Position numbers and translations under genes: made by a program
In this document: positions 53,710-61,907 of the stretch, piece after piece
How the letters are laid out: each line of letters begins with the position of its first letter
Numbering within the stretch: position 1 is the stretch's first letter
The notes under the pieces: generated by a model
What the model was told of the DNA's origin: nothing
Seen by the model: only the letters and a program-made list of their open reading frames with translations
The model's database searches: none
From: Pseudomonadota bacterium
GTDB lineage: Bacteria > Myxococcota_A > Bradymonadia > Bradymonadales > GCA-2716585
Length of the DNA stretch: 64,000 nucleotides
Assembly (NCBI GenBank): GCA_005804885.1
Contig: SYOX01000269.1
Coordinates: 9,037 to 73,036, forward strand
Reading direction: 5' to 3'

Positions 53710-55341
53710 ATGACCAGCCAGCCCAGCTCCCGCCAGGAGCTCTACGATCGCATCCGCGAGGTCGGCCGGACGCAGTTCATCTATGAGCAGATGGTCCGGC
53801 TCGGCTTCTGGGCAGGCCCCCACCCGAACAGCATCGCCTCGGCCGAACACGCGCGCAAGCAGGAGCTCATCGCCCAGCTCAACGTCCTGCGCACCGAGCA
53901 GTCCAGGCTCCGCAACACCGCCGAGCTGCTCAAGGAGGCCCGCAAGCGCCGGATGGCCGACAGCCGCCTGCGCCAGCAGGAGACCAAGGCGCGCCGCGAG
54001 CGCGAGCGCGAGCGCCGCGCCCAGGCCTGGGCCGAGCGCAAGCAGCTCGACCTCCTCCACCTCGGCCCTGGCCGCTCAGGGGGCCTCAACGACGCCGCCC
54101 TTGAGGTCGACCTGCTGGCCCGCTTTGGCCTGCCGCCCCTGGGCTCCCCCCACGAGATCGCCTCGGCGATGGGGATCACCCTGGGCGAGCTGCGCTTTCT
54201 GGCTTACGGCCGCCCCGTCAGCCAGGTCTCCCACTACGTCCGCTTCAAGCTCCCCAAGAAGACCGGCGGCCACCGCCTCATCTCCGCGCCCATGCCGCGC
54301 CTCAAGCGCGCCCAGCGCTGGATCTACGACAACATCCTGAGCCGCTTGCAGGTCCACGACGCCGCCCACGGCTTCCTCCCCGGCCGCTCCATCGTCAGCA
54401 ATGCGCGCCCTCACGTCGGCGCCGAGGTCGTCGTCAACCTCGACCTCAAGGACTTCTTCCCCACGATGACCTACCCGAGGGTCTGGGGCGTCTTCCGCTC
54501 GCTGGGCTACTCCAAGGCCGCCACGACCGTCTTCGCCATGCTCTGCACCGAGCCCGAGAGCGTCCAGATCGATCTCGACGGCCGCCGCTACTTCGTGGCC
54601 ACCTCCGAGCGCTTCCTGCCCCAGGGCGCCCCGACCAGCCCCGCCATCACCAACTGGGCCTGTCGTCGGCTCGACCAGCGCCTCTGCGACATCGCCGCGC
54701 TCAACGGCTTCTCCGCCTACACCCGCTACGCCGACGACCTGACCTTCTCCGGCGACAAGGCCGCCCTCCCCAAGGTCGGCCGCCTGCTCTCCCAGGCCCG
54801 CAATGTCATCGCCGACGAGCGCTTCGTCGTCCACCCCGACAAGACCCGCGTCCTCCACCGTGGGCGCCGCCAGGAGGTCACCGGCCTCGTCGTCAACGAC
54901 CTCCCCAACATCCCCCGCGACACCCTGCGCCGCTTCCGCGCCCTCCTCTTCCAGATCGAGAAGGACGGCCCCGAGGGCAAGCAATGGGGCGCCGGCGGCG
55001 ACGTCATCAACTCCATCGAGGGCTTCGCCAACTACGTCCTGATGGTCAACCCCGCCAAGGGCGCAGCCTTCAAGGCCCAGATCGCGCGCATCGTCGCCCG
55101 CCACGGCCGACCCGCCCCGCGCTACGCCCCCTCGGCGCCCGCGCTCGGCGCAGCCCCGGCCCTCTCCCCCTCTCCCACCCCGACCCACGGCGGGCCTCCG
55201 AGCAACCCTTCTCCATCCTTGCCTGAAATTCCTGTCTCTCCGCCCTCCTCGCCTGTCGCCCCCATCGAGGTCGACGTCCCCGAGGGCGGCCCTGAGGGCA
55301 CCCAGGGTGAGGACTCGAAGAAGTGGTGGAAGATGTGGTAG
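53710..55341 (+). CDS. Retron-type reverse transcriptase with about 150-aa N-terminal coiled-coil/basic extension and Pro-rich C-terminal tail
   Basis: RT motifs VVNLDLKDFFPT, LPQGAPTSPAITN, YTRYADDLTFSG (YADD box) and the retron-typical RQEVTGLVVN (VTG) motif. LGELRFLAY...HYVRFKLPKKTGGHRLISAP is the usual retron-RT entry. A TTG at 53689 is an alternative start. Confidence 0.9.
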   Translation: MTSQPSSRQELYDRIREVGRTQFIYEQMVRLGFWAGPHPNSIASAEHARKQELIAQLNVLRTEQSRLRNTAELLKEARKRRMADSRLRQQETKARRERERERRAQAWAERKQLDLLHLGPGRSGGLNDAALEVDLLARFGLPPLGSPHEIASAMGITLGELRFLAYGRPVSQVSHYVRFKLPKKTGGHRLISAPMPRLKRAQRWIYDNILSRLQVHDAAHGFLPGRSIVSNARPHVGAEVVVNLDLKDFFPTMTYPRVWGVFRSLGYSKAATTVFAMLCTEPESVQIDLDGRRYFVATSERFLPQGAPTSPAITNWACRRLDQRLCDIAALNGFSAYTRYADDLTFSGDKAALPKVGRLLSQARNVIADERFVVHPDKTRVLHRGRRQEVTGLVVNDLPNIPRDTLRRFRALLFQIEKDGPEGKQWGAGGDVINSIEGFANYVLMVNPAKGAAFKAQIARIVARHGRPAPRYAPSAPALGAAPALSPSPTPTHGGPPSNPSPSLPEIPVSPPSSPVAPIEVDVPEGGPEGTQGEDSKKWWKMW

Positions 55342-55456
55342 GTCCCCGGCTCCTCTCCCCCTGATGGGTGGTTGACGGCGCCCGGCAGGTCTGCTTCCCT
55401 CTGAGAACGACGCCGCCCGCAGGGGCTGGCCCATCGCCAACCCTCTCAGGAGCAGC

Positions 55457-55807
55457 ATGTCAGAGCCCCCCCCCAAGCGCATCATCCGCCACATCCAGCC
55501 CATGGGCCCCCGCGTGCTCGTGCGCGTCCTCAAGGACGACGATCGCCACGAGTCCGGCCTCTACCTCCCCCCCGGCGCCCGCGAGAGCTTCGCCGAAGCC
55601 CTCTACGGCGAGGTCGTCGAGGTCGCCCGCGCCTCCTCGGACGAGGCCGACATCGGCGCGAACGTCTCCGGCGTGCCCTGCGGCGCGCGCATCCTCTTCC
55701 CCAAGGAGGCCGGCACGCGCGTCCCCTGGGACGACGCGCTGCGCGTCCTGGAGGTCTCCAAGGTGCTCGCCCTCGTCGAAGAGATCCCGCTGGAGGAGAC
55801 CCACTGA
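55457..55807 (+). CDS. Stand-alone divergent GroES/Cpn10-like protein
   Basis: IQPMGPRVLVRVLKDDDRHESGLYLPPGARESFAEALYGEVVEVA...GARILFPKEAGTRVPWDDALRVLEVSKVLALVEE follows the Cpn10 pattern (I-P-L-x-D-R-V-L-V ... G-x-V-v-A-V-G ... G-D-x-V-l-f). Good AGGAG RBS. No groEL nearby. Confidence 0.65.
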   Translation: MSEPPPKRIIRHIQPMGPRVLVRVLKDDDRHESGLYLPPGARESFAEALYGEVVEVARASSDEADIGANVSGVPCGARILFPKEAGTRVPWDDALRVLEVSKVLALVEEIPLEETH

Positions 55808-55824
55808 ACACCCTCATCCAACCC

Positions 55825-56460
55825 ATGATCCTGGTCGGGGGCCACTCCAGCCGCTTCGGCGCCAACAAGGCCCTGCACGTCTGGAGGGGCCGGGCGCTCG
55901 TCGATCACATCATCGCGGCCGTGCGCGTCGCGCTCGACCCCCCCGACATCTGGATCAACGTCCGCCGCGTCGGCCAGGACCCCAGGCTCCTCGAACACCT
56001 CCAGCGCCACGAGGGCCTGACCTTCCTGGAGGACGATCCGGCGCTCTCTGGCCCCGCCGCCGGGCTCTCGGCGGGCTTCAGCTGGGCGGCGAGGCGGCAG
56101 ATCCCGTGGGTCCTGGCCCTGAGCTGCGACCTGCCGGCGGTGCGGATACAGCTCCTGGCTCGGATGGCCGAGCTCGCCCTGGACCCCGCGCACGCCCACG
56201 ACGCCCTGGTGCCCGTCACCCGCGATGAGTTCGGCCAGCCCCGCTTCGAGGCCCTCCACGCCCTCTTTCGCCCCGAGCCCGCGCTCGACGCCTTGGAGCG
56301 GGCCACCGCCGACGGGCGCATGAGCCTCCAGCGCGTCATCGGCGCGCTGGCGTCCCCCATGCTCCTCGGCCCCGCAGAGCTTGAGGCGCTGGACCCGGCG
56401 TGGCGGCGATCGCTGACGAACGTTAACACGGTCGATGATCTTGATCTTATTGAGGAATAG
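55825..56460 (+). CDS. MobA-like NTP transferase (molybdenum cofactor guanylyltransferase family)
   Basis: MILVGGHSSRFGANKALHVWRGRALVDHI (LAGGxSxRMGxDK-type N-terminus), GPAAGLSAG and LSCDLP motifs. Confidence 0.7.
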   Translation: MILVGGHSSRFGANKALHVWRGRALVDHIIAAVRVALDPPDIWINVRRVGQDPRLLEHLQRHEGLTFLEDDPALSGPAAGLSAGFSWAARRQIPWVLALSCDLPAVRIQLLARMAELALDPAHAHDALVPVTRDEFGQPRFEALHALFRPEPALDALERATADGRMSLQRVIGALASPMLLGPAELEALDPAWRRSLTNVNTVDDLDLIEE

Positions 56461-56463
56461 CGA

Positions 56464-59064
56464 TCAGTAGCGGGGCTCGACCCGCGCCTCCTCGTTGAGG
56501 CGCTGGCCCAGGTAGAGGTTCTCGGCGCCCTCATAGAGGTTCAAGAAGAGCCCCAGGTAGAGGGTGACGCGCTTGGTGTAGCGCCTGGCCTGGCTGAAGG
56601 GGATCTCCTCGACGAACTCGTCCAGGGGGACGTGGCTCTTGTGCTTGAGCCAGCGCTGGACGTTGTGCGGGCCGCCGTTGTACGAGGCGATCGCCAGCGG
56701 CTCCTGGCCGTGGAACTTGTCGAGGAGCTGTCGGAAGTACCAGGCGCCGTGGCGGATGCTCGTGTCCGGCCGCATCAGGTCATAGGGGCCAAAGTCGTTC
56801 TCGCCGAGCGCGGCGGCGACCTTGTTGCCCGTCTTGGGGATGACCTGCAGCAGCCCTCGCGCGTCGGCGTAGGAGATCGTGTCGGGGTTGTAGCCCGACT
56901 CGACGGTCATGATCGCCCACAAGAGGTAGGGGTTGACGTTGTTCTTGCGGGCGTGGTGCGTCACCAGGCGCGCGTAGGCCCTCGGGTAGGCCTCGCTCCA
57001 CAGCTCCGGCGCCTCGCCGGGCTCCTCGCCTCGCCAGCCGCCCTGGCCGAAGCGCATGATGCGCACGAGGTGGTAATCGCCGATATCCATCATCGCCACG
57101 CGCAGATCGTCGCGCAGCGCTGCGCGCCGGGCCTTGATCTGGTTCTGGCGGTGGGCCAGCGCGGCCTTGCCAGCGGCGGCGCGCGGCACGGGGTAGCTCA
57201 GCGCGCTGGGCTTGAGGCCCCAGAAGCCCAGGCGCTCGGTGCGGCGGTTGTCGACGAAGTGGCCCCAGCGCTTCGTCCGGGTCAGGGCGATGGGGCGCGC
57301 GGCGGTGGGGGAGGCCCCCTTGGCGAAGGCCGCGTCCAGCTCTCGAAACTCCATCGCCGCCTTGCGCATCTCAAACTGCGCGTCCCACTCCAGGCCGATG
57401 TCGGCCAGGAAGGACGCGGCCTTGAGCGCGGGCCACAGGTCGCCGTGGAGCGCCGAGGCGCGCCGCGCGCCGCCCTGGAGGGCCAGCGGGGTGGTGTAGG
57501 GCGTCATGGCCTCGGGTCGGCCGAAGAGGGCCTCGTTGGGGGCCTCGGGGGGCTTGTCCGGGCCGCTCCAGTGGATGCAGGCGCTGCGCGCGTCCAGAGG
57601 GGCCTTGGAGTCGCGTTGCGCCTTGATCTCCTTGAGGCGGCTGCTGGCCAGGTGCGCGTACCAGGTCCTGGGGTGCGCGTCGACGACGCCCTGGTAGGCC
57701 TTGAGGGCGTCGTCGGCGCGGCCTTGCTTCTGTCGAGCCCGCGCGATCCAGTAGTCGAGCTGATCGACGGGGATGTTGTCGCGCTTGCGAGGGTCGCCGC
57801 GCATGGCGACGAGGAGCCGCTCGGCGCCTCGCGCATCGCCGGTCTTGAGCAGCAAGAAGGCGTAGTCCCAGCCCTGCCTGGCGCGGCCGCGCAGCGTGCG
57901 CTCCTGGTGGCGCCGCGAGTCCTCATATCGGCCGTCCTCCCAGTAGAAGCGAGCCAGGGCGCGATCGCGCTCGGAGGCCGGGCGCCCCTTGAGGCGGCCG
58001 TTGAGGATCGCCTCGGCCCGCTCGGAGTCGCCCATGCGGTGGTGGCAGTCCTGCAATGTGTCAAGGACAGCGTCGCGCGAGAGGCCAGCGTTGAGGGCGG
58101 GGTCGGCGCTGCGGGCGTCGAGCTCCTGGAGCCTGGGCAGGGCCTCGTCGTAGTCCTGCATGTCGAGCGCGGTCAGGGCCAGCTCCATCAGGATCCGGTT
58201 CTCCAGGGTCGCGTCCGGCTTCCCTCGTCGGAGCTGGGCGAGCAGGTCGTTGAGGGCGTCGGTGGCCTCGCGCCAGTGCTTGAGCTTGCGCAGCTGGTGG
58301 GCGCGCTCGAAGAGCCTGGCCGGGGAATCGACGGGGATCTTGATGCCGACGAGGCGACCCGCGTCGAGGATGAGGCGGGCCTTGTCGCCCTCCTCCTTGA
58401 AGGGGAAGCGCCACCAGACCTCGCGCATCAAGGCGGCGCCGCGGGCCTCGTCGCCCTGGCGCAGCAGGATCTGGGCGCGGCGGTACATGGCGACGTGCTG
58501 GCGAGGGAACTCGGGGTAGAGGTCGAGGAGGTCGGCGTAGGCGCGCCCGGCCTCGTCGTACTGGCCGGCGTCGTAGAGGACGTCGGCGAGCTCGGCGCGG
58601 GCGTAATGGAGGATGATGGACTCGGGCTCGGCCAGGACGATGGCGCGCAGCAGCTCCAGGGCCGGCGCGTACTTCCCGGCGATGGTGTGGGCGCGGGCCT
58701 TGAGCCAGAAGAGGTAGGCCGGCGCCGGCACCAGGGCCTCGTCGACCTTGTCGAGGTGGCCGAGCGCCCTCTGGCCCAGGCCGCGCTCGATGAAGATCCT
58801 CCCCATCAGGATGTCGACCCGGGCGCGGGCCTCGGGCGGCAGATCGGCGCCGAGCAGCGCCTCGAGCTGGCGCTGGGAAGCCTGGAGATCCTCATCAAGG
58901 AAGAGGTCGCGGGCCGCGTCGATCTCCCGGTGTCGCGCCTCAAGCGGGTCGACCGCGTCGAGGGGCTTTCGCGCGCCTTCGGCGTGGGAGAGGGCGGAGG
59001 GCAAGAGGCAGAGGGTCATCGCGAGCGCGGCGATCATCTCCTTTCTGGCGTACATGTCCCTCAT
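56464..59064 (-). CDS. Slt70-like soluble lytic murein transglycosylase with long TPR/superhelical N-terminal domain
   Basis: C-terminal SLT domain LLWAIMTVESGYNP...ARGLLQVIP...ASYNGGPHNV. TPR-like helical repeats sit upstream, after a signal peptide (the ATG at 59064 lies inside the longer ORF). Confidence 0.85.
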   Translation of the reverse strand: MRDMYARKEMIAALAMTLCLLPSALSHAEGARKPLDAVDPLEARHREIDAARDLFLDEDLQASQRQLEALLGADLPPEARARVDILMGRIFIERGLGQRALGHLDKVDEALVPAPAYLFWLKARAHTIAGKYAPALELLRAIVLAEPESIILHYARAELADVLYDAGQYDEAGRAYADLLDLYPEFPRQHVAMYRRAQILLRQGDEARGAALMREVWWRFPFKEEGDKARLILDAGRLVGIKIPVDSPARLFERAHQLRKLKHWREATDALNDLLAQLRRGKPDATLENRILMELALTALDMQDYDEALPRLQELDARSADPALNAGLSRDAVLDTLQDCHHRMGDSERAEAILNGRLKGRPASERDRALARFYWEDGRYEDSRRHQERTLRGRARQGWDYAFLLLKTGDARGAERLLVAMRGDPRKRDNIPVDQLDYWIARARQKQGRADDALKAYQGVVDAHPRTWYAHLASSRLKEIKAQRDSKAPLDARSACIHWSGPDKPPEAPNEALFGRPEAMTPYTTPLALQGGARRASALHGDLWPALKAASFLADIGLEWDAQFEMRKAAMEFRELDAAFAKGASPTAARPIALTRTKRWGHFVDNRRTERLGFWGLKPSALSYPVPRAAAGKAALAHRQNQIKARRAALRDDLRVAMMDIGDYHLVRIMRFGQGGWRGEEPGEAPELWSEAYPRAYARLVTHHARKNNVNPYLLWAIMTVESGYNPDTISYADARGLLQVIPKTGNKVAAALGENDFGPYDLMRPDTSIRHGAWYFRQLLDKFHGQEPLAIASYNGGPHNVQRWLKHKSHVPLDEFVEEIPFSQARRYTKRVTLYLGLFLNLYEGAENLYLGQRLNEEARVEPRY

Positions 59065-59382
59065 CCCCTCGTTGTCGCGGCGTTCTCCTGCGCGGTCGAT
59101 CGAAGGGCAGGTGCAGTCTGCCGACGAGATCGCGTCAGGAGATTCAACGCCGCGGGGTGCCCGCACCTTCCGGTGGGGCGGTCGCGATGGCGGGAGCGGG
59201 CCTGGTCAACGGGGATCGCTCCATCCTTGGATCTCCACGCCGTCGACGTCCTGGACACCTTTGAACGATAGCATGTCGATCGCTGCGCGCAATTTTATAG
59301 GGCGGCGAGGCGACGCGGCGAGCTGGGCCCGGGCTTGAGGCCCGTGAAGATCGAGGTTGGCGGGCGCCGTCTTGAACTCGAG

Positions 59383-59991
59383 CTAGAACTCGACAGGCCC
59401 CTGATCCCAGAACTCGAAGGTGTCCTTGTCGCCCAGGTCGGGCTTCTTGTCCGGCGCGTCTGGGAGGGCGTCGTCGGGCCTTGCGGGCGCCTCGGCGGCC
59501 TTGGGCGGGGCCTTGCGGCGCTGCCGGGGGCGGCGTTCGGGCGGCTCGGCTTTCTGGTCGACCTTCTTGGGCTGGGCCTCGATGATGTAGTCTCCGATCA
59601 GGACGCCCGGCGTCTTGAGGTGGGGTTGCGCGGCCGGATCGGGCCCACCGACGACCCTGGCGACGGCCAGCGAGGGCTGGACGCTGACGATGAGCAGCTC
59701 GCCGACGCGGATGACGAGGGAGATCTCGGGCGGGGCCTGGACGCGGCGATAGACGTCGAAGCGCTGGCCGGGGTGAAGCGCCGCGCCTGGAGCGGCCGAC
59801 AAGTAGAGGTCGAGCCCCGACTGGGCCAGCGGCCCAGCGGCGGCGTCGCGCTGCGCGTCCACGGGCCTCCAGGCGCCCACGACGGCCACCTCGCGCGGCG
59901 CGGCGACGTCCGGCGCGGGCTCCTGGGCCGCCGCGTTGGACGAGGCGGCCATCAGGCAGAGCGCGCAAAGGATGGCGGCTGTAGCCCTCAT
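59383..59991 (-). CDS. Secreted hypothetical protein with Pro/Lys-rich tail, 4 nt downstream of fliW
   Basis: Signal peptide MRATAAILCALCLMAASSNAAAQ. No family recognised. Confidence 0.5.
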   Translation of the reverse strand: MRATAAILCALCLMAASSNAAAQEPAPDVAAPREVAVVGAWRPVDAQRDAAAGPLAQSGLDLYLSAAPGAALHPGQRFDVYRRVQAPPEISLVIRVGELLIVSVQPSLAVARVVGGPDPAAQPHLKTPGVLIGDYIIEAQPKKVDQKAEPPERRPRQRRKAPPKAAEAPARPDDALPDAPDKKPDLGDKDTFEFWDQGPVEF

Positions 59992-59995
59992 GGCC

Positions 59996-60448
59996 TCAGG
60001 CCACCCGCCGCTCGCCGCGCTGGCGAGCGCGCAGCGGGTGCCGCGTCGACAGGCTGCGGTTGTGCTGGACGGCCTGGATCCCTCGCCGCGTCTCGACGGC
60101 CACGCAGATCGGCGCCATCAGGTTGATGGTCGGCGAGGTGGGGGTCGAGACGTTGACGATGGCCAGCACGCTGACGTCGCCGGCGCCAGCGTCGGCGCCC
60201 AGGCCCAGCGTCTCAATCTCGGACTCTTCGAGCCGGATCTCGTAGTTGCTGCAGACCCACGCCGGGTTGAGGGTCGGGAAGGCGACCTCGGGGGCGTCGA
60301 CGGCCTGCAGCCACTTGAAGGGGCCGCCAGGGTGCTCAATGAGGAGGAAGCGGGTCAGGTGGGTGAAGCCGAGGATCCCCTCAGGGAAGTGAATGCACTG
60401 CTGGTCATCGATCTCGACGGTTCCAAAACGGGTGGTGTGGACCTGCAC
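59996..60448 (-). CDS. fliW: Flagellar assembly factor FliW (CsrA antagonist)
   Basis: VQVHTTRFGTVEIDDQQCIHFPEGILGFTHLTRFLLIEHPGGPFKWLQAVDAPEVAFPTLNP matches the FliW pattern. GTG at 60448 follows a GGAGGGA RBS. Confidence 0.85.
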   Translation of the reverse strand: MQVHTTRFGTVEIDDQQCIHFPEGILGFTHLTRFLLIEHPGGPFKWLQAVDAPEVAFPTLNPAWVCSNYEIRLEESEIETLGLGADAGAGDVSVLAIVNVSTPTSPTINLMAPICVAVETRRGIQAVQHNRSLSTRHPLRARQRGERRVA

Positions 60449-60515
60449 GTCGCGTCCCTCCTGCCGGTCAACGCGCCGCTCTGGCCGCTGACCTCTTCGG
60501 CGGGGGACGCCTCTT

Positions 60516-60827
60516 CTAATCGTCCTCCGTGCCGGTGTTTTCGTTACCCCCGCTCTTCTTCCGTGCGAGCAGGGGATCTGGATCATTCGCTTCGACGGCC
60601 TCGCCGTCGAACTCCAGGACCAGCTCATCGATCTCGTCGGGCCCTGCCTGCGTAGAGGCCTGGTTCTCGTCGACGATGTTCTGGTAGACCTCTTCCCGGA
60701 ATATCTTCACATCCCGAGGGGCCACGATCCCGATCCGGACCTGGTTCTTCCGGATCTCCTTGACGACGATCTGGATGTCGTCGCCAATTCTGATCGTCTC
60801 CCCGATCTTGCGTGTTAGGGTCAGCAT
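60516..60827 (-). CDS. csrA: Carbon storage regulator CsrA with about 45-aa acidic C-terminal extension
   Basis: [48 protein letters not shown] is the CsrA core. Confidence 0.9.
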   Translation of the reverse strand: MLTLTRKIGETIRIGDDIQIVVKEIRKNQVRIGIVAPRDVKIFREEVYQNIVDENQASTQAGPDEIDELVLEFDGEAVEANDPDPLLARKKSGGNENTGTEDD

Positions 60828-61010
60828 GTCCTCTCCAGTAACGAGAGTCGACGGTCAGACCCAAGAGTACCCGCTCGGGGCGCCTGGTCAAAAACTAGGC
60901 CTTGATTTTTCCAGTTATTAAAGGGTGTTACACACCTCCTGTTGTCGCCATGTCGCCGCACACCGCCGCGGCTGTAATCCGCACACCTACACCTGCCGCG
61001 GTCCGCCTCA

Positions 61011-61889
61011 TCACCTCAAGATGTCCAGCAAGCTCGTCTGCATCGATCTCCCCGCGATCTGGACGGCCGCCTGCAGCGCCTGCTCCTGGCCGACGAGCTG
61101 GCTGATGACGGAGGCCATGTCCGCATCGGCCTCCCCCGCGCGCTGCCGCGTCAATTCGAAGGTGACCTCCTCGGCCAGCGCCTCGCTCATCCTCACTCGC
61201 CCGATCCGGGCGCCGAGGTCCGTGCGGGCGTCGATGATCTGATCCTCCAGGCCCGTCAGCGCGTCGAGCTCCTGGCCCAGCGCCGCGGGGTCATTGCCTT
61301 CGAGCGCCGCCACGATCCGATCGAGCGTCTGGAGCACGCTGGCCCCGCCGGCCAGAAACCGCTGCCCGTCGATGGCGGCGTCGATGGGCGAGCCGACGCC
61401 GATCTTGACCGGGCTGCCCGCGCCTCCGCCCTGGTAGGTGCCGTCGTCGGCCAGCGGCGGCCGATCCGTCCGCGTACCGGAGAAGATGAACTGGCCGTCG
61501 ACCTTCGTGTTGGCAAGCCCCAGCATGTGCTCGCGGAGCGCCCGCACCTCGTGCGCCGTCGACTGGCGCGTCGCGGCGCTCTGGGCGCCGTTGAGCCCCC
61601 CGATCGTCAGCTCCCTGGCCCGCTCCAACACCGACTCCATGTCCCCGAGCGCGCCCTCGGCCACCTCAAAGCGGGACAGCACCCGCGCCGCGCTCTGGCG
61701 TGTCCCCTCCAGCGCCGCCAGCCGGTGATCCAGCCCCGCGATCCGCCCGAAGGAGCCCGGATCGTCCGAGGGCCTGATCACCCGCTGCCCCGAGGCCGCC
61801 TGCGCCTGGAGCCGGGATGTCTCGACCCGCGCGCGCGCGATGCGCTGCGTCTGCGCGCCAAAGATCTGCTTGTCGGAGATCCTCACCAT
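61011..61889 (-). CDS. flgL: Flagellar hook-associated protein 3 (FlgL)
   Basis: MVRISDKQIF... flagellin-family N-terminus and a C-terminal ...AAVQIAGRSMQTSLLDILR helix. Lies directly after flgK. Confidence 0.8.
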   Translation of the reverse strand: MVRISDKQIFGAQTQRIARARVETSRLQAQAASGQRVIRPSDDPGSFGRIAGLDHRLAALEGTRQSAARVLSRFEVAEGALGDMESVLERARELTIGGLNGAQSAATRQSTAHEVRALREHMLGLANTKVDGQFIFSGTRTDRPPLADDGTYQGGGAGSPVKIGVGSPIDAAIDGQRFLAGGASVLQTLDRIVAALEGNDPAALGQELDALTGLEDQIIDARTDLGARIGRVRMSEALAEEVTFELTRQRAGEADADMASVISQLVGQEQALQAAVQIAGRSMQTSLLDILR

Positions 61890-61907
61890 CGCCTCGACTC
61901 CCTCACC

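Noticed and set aside
56632-59271. 879-aa plus-strand ORF
   Set aside because: It is antisense to the Slt-type transglycosylase, which has a clear SLT catalytic motif.
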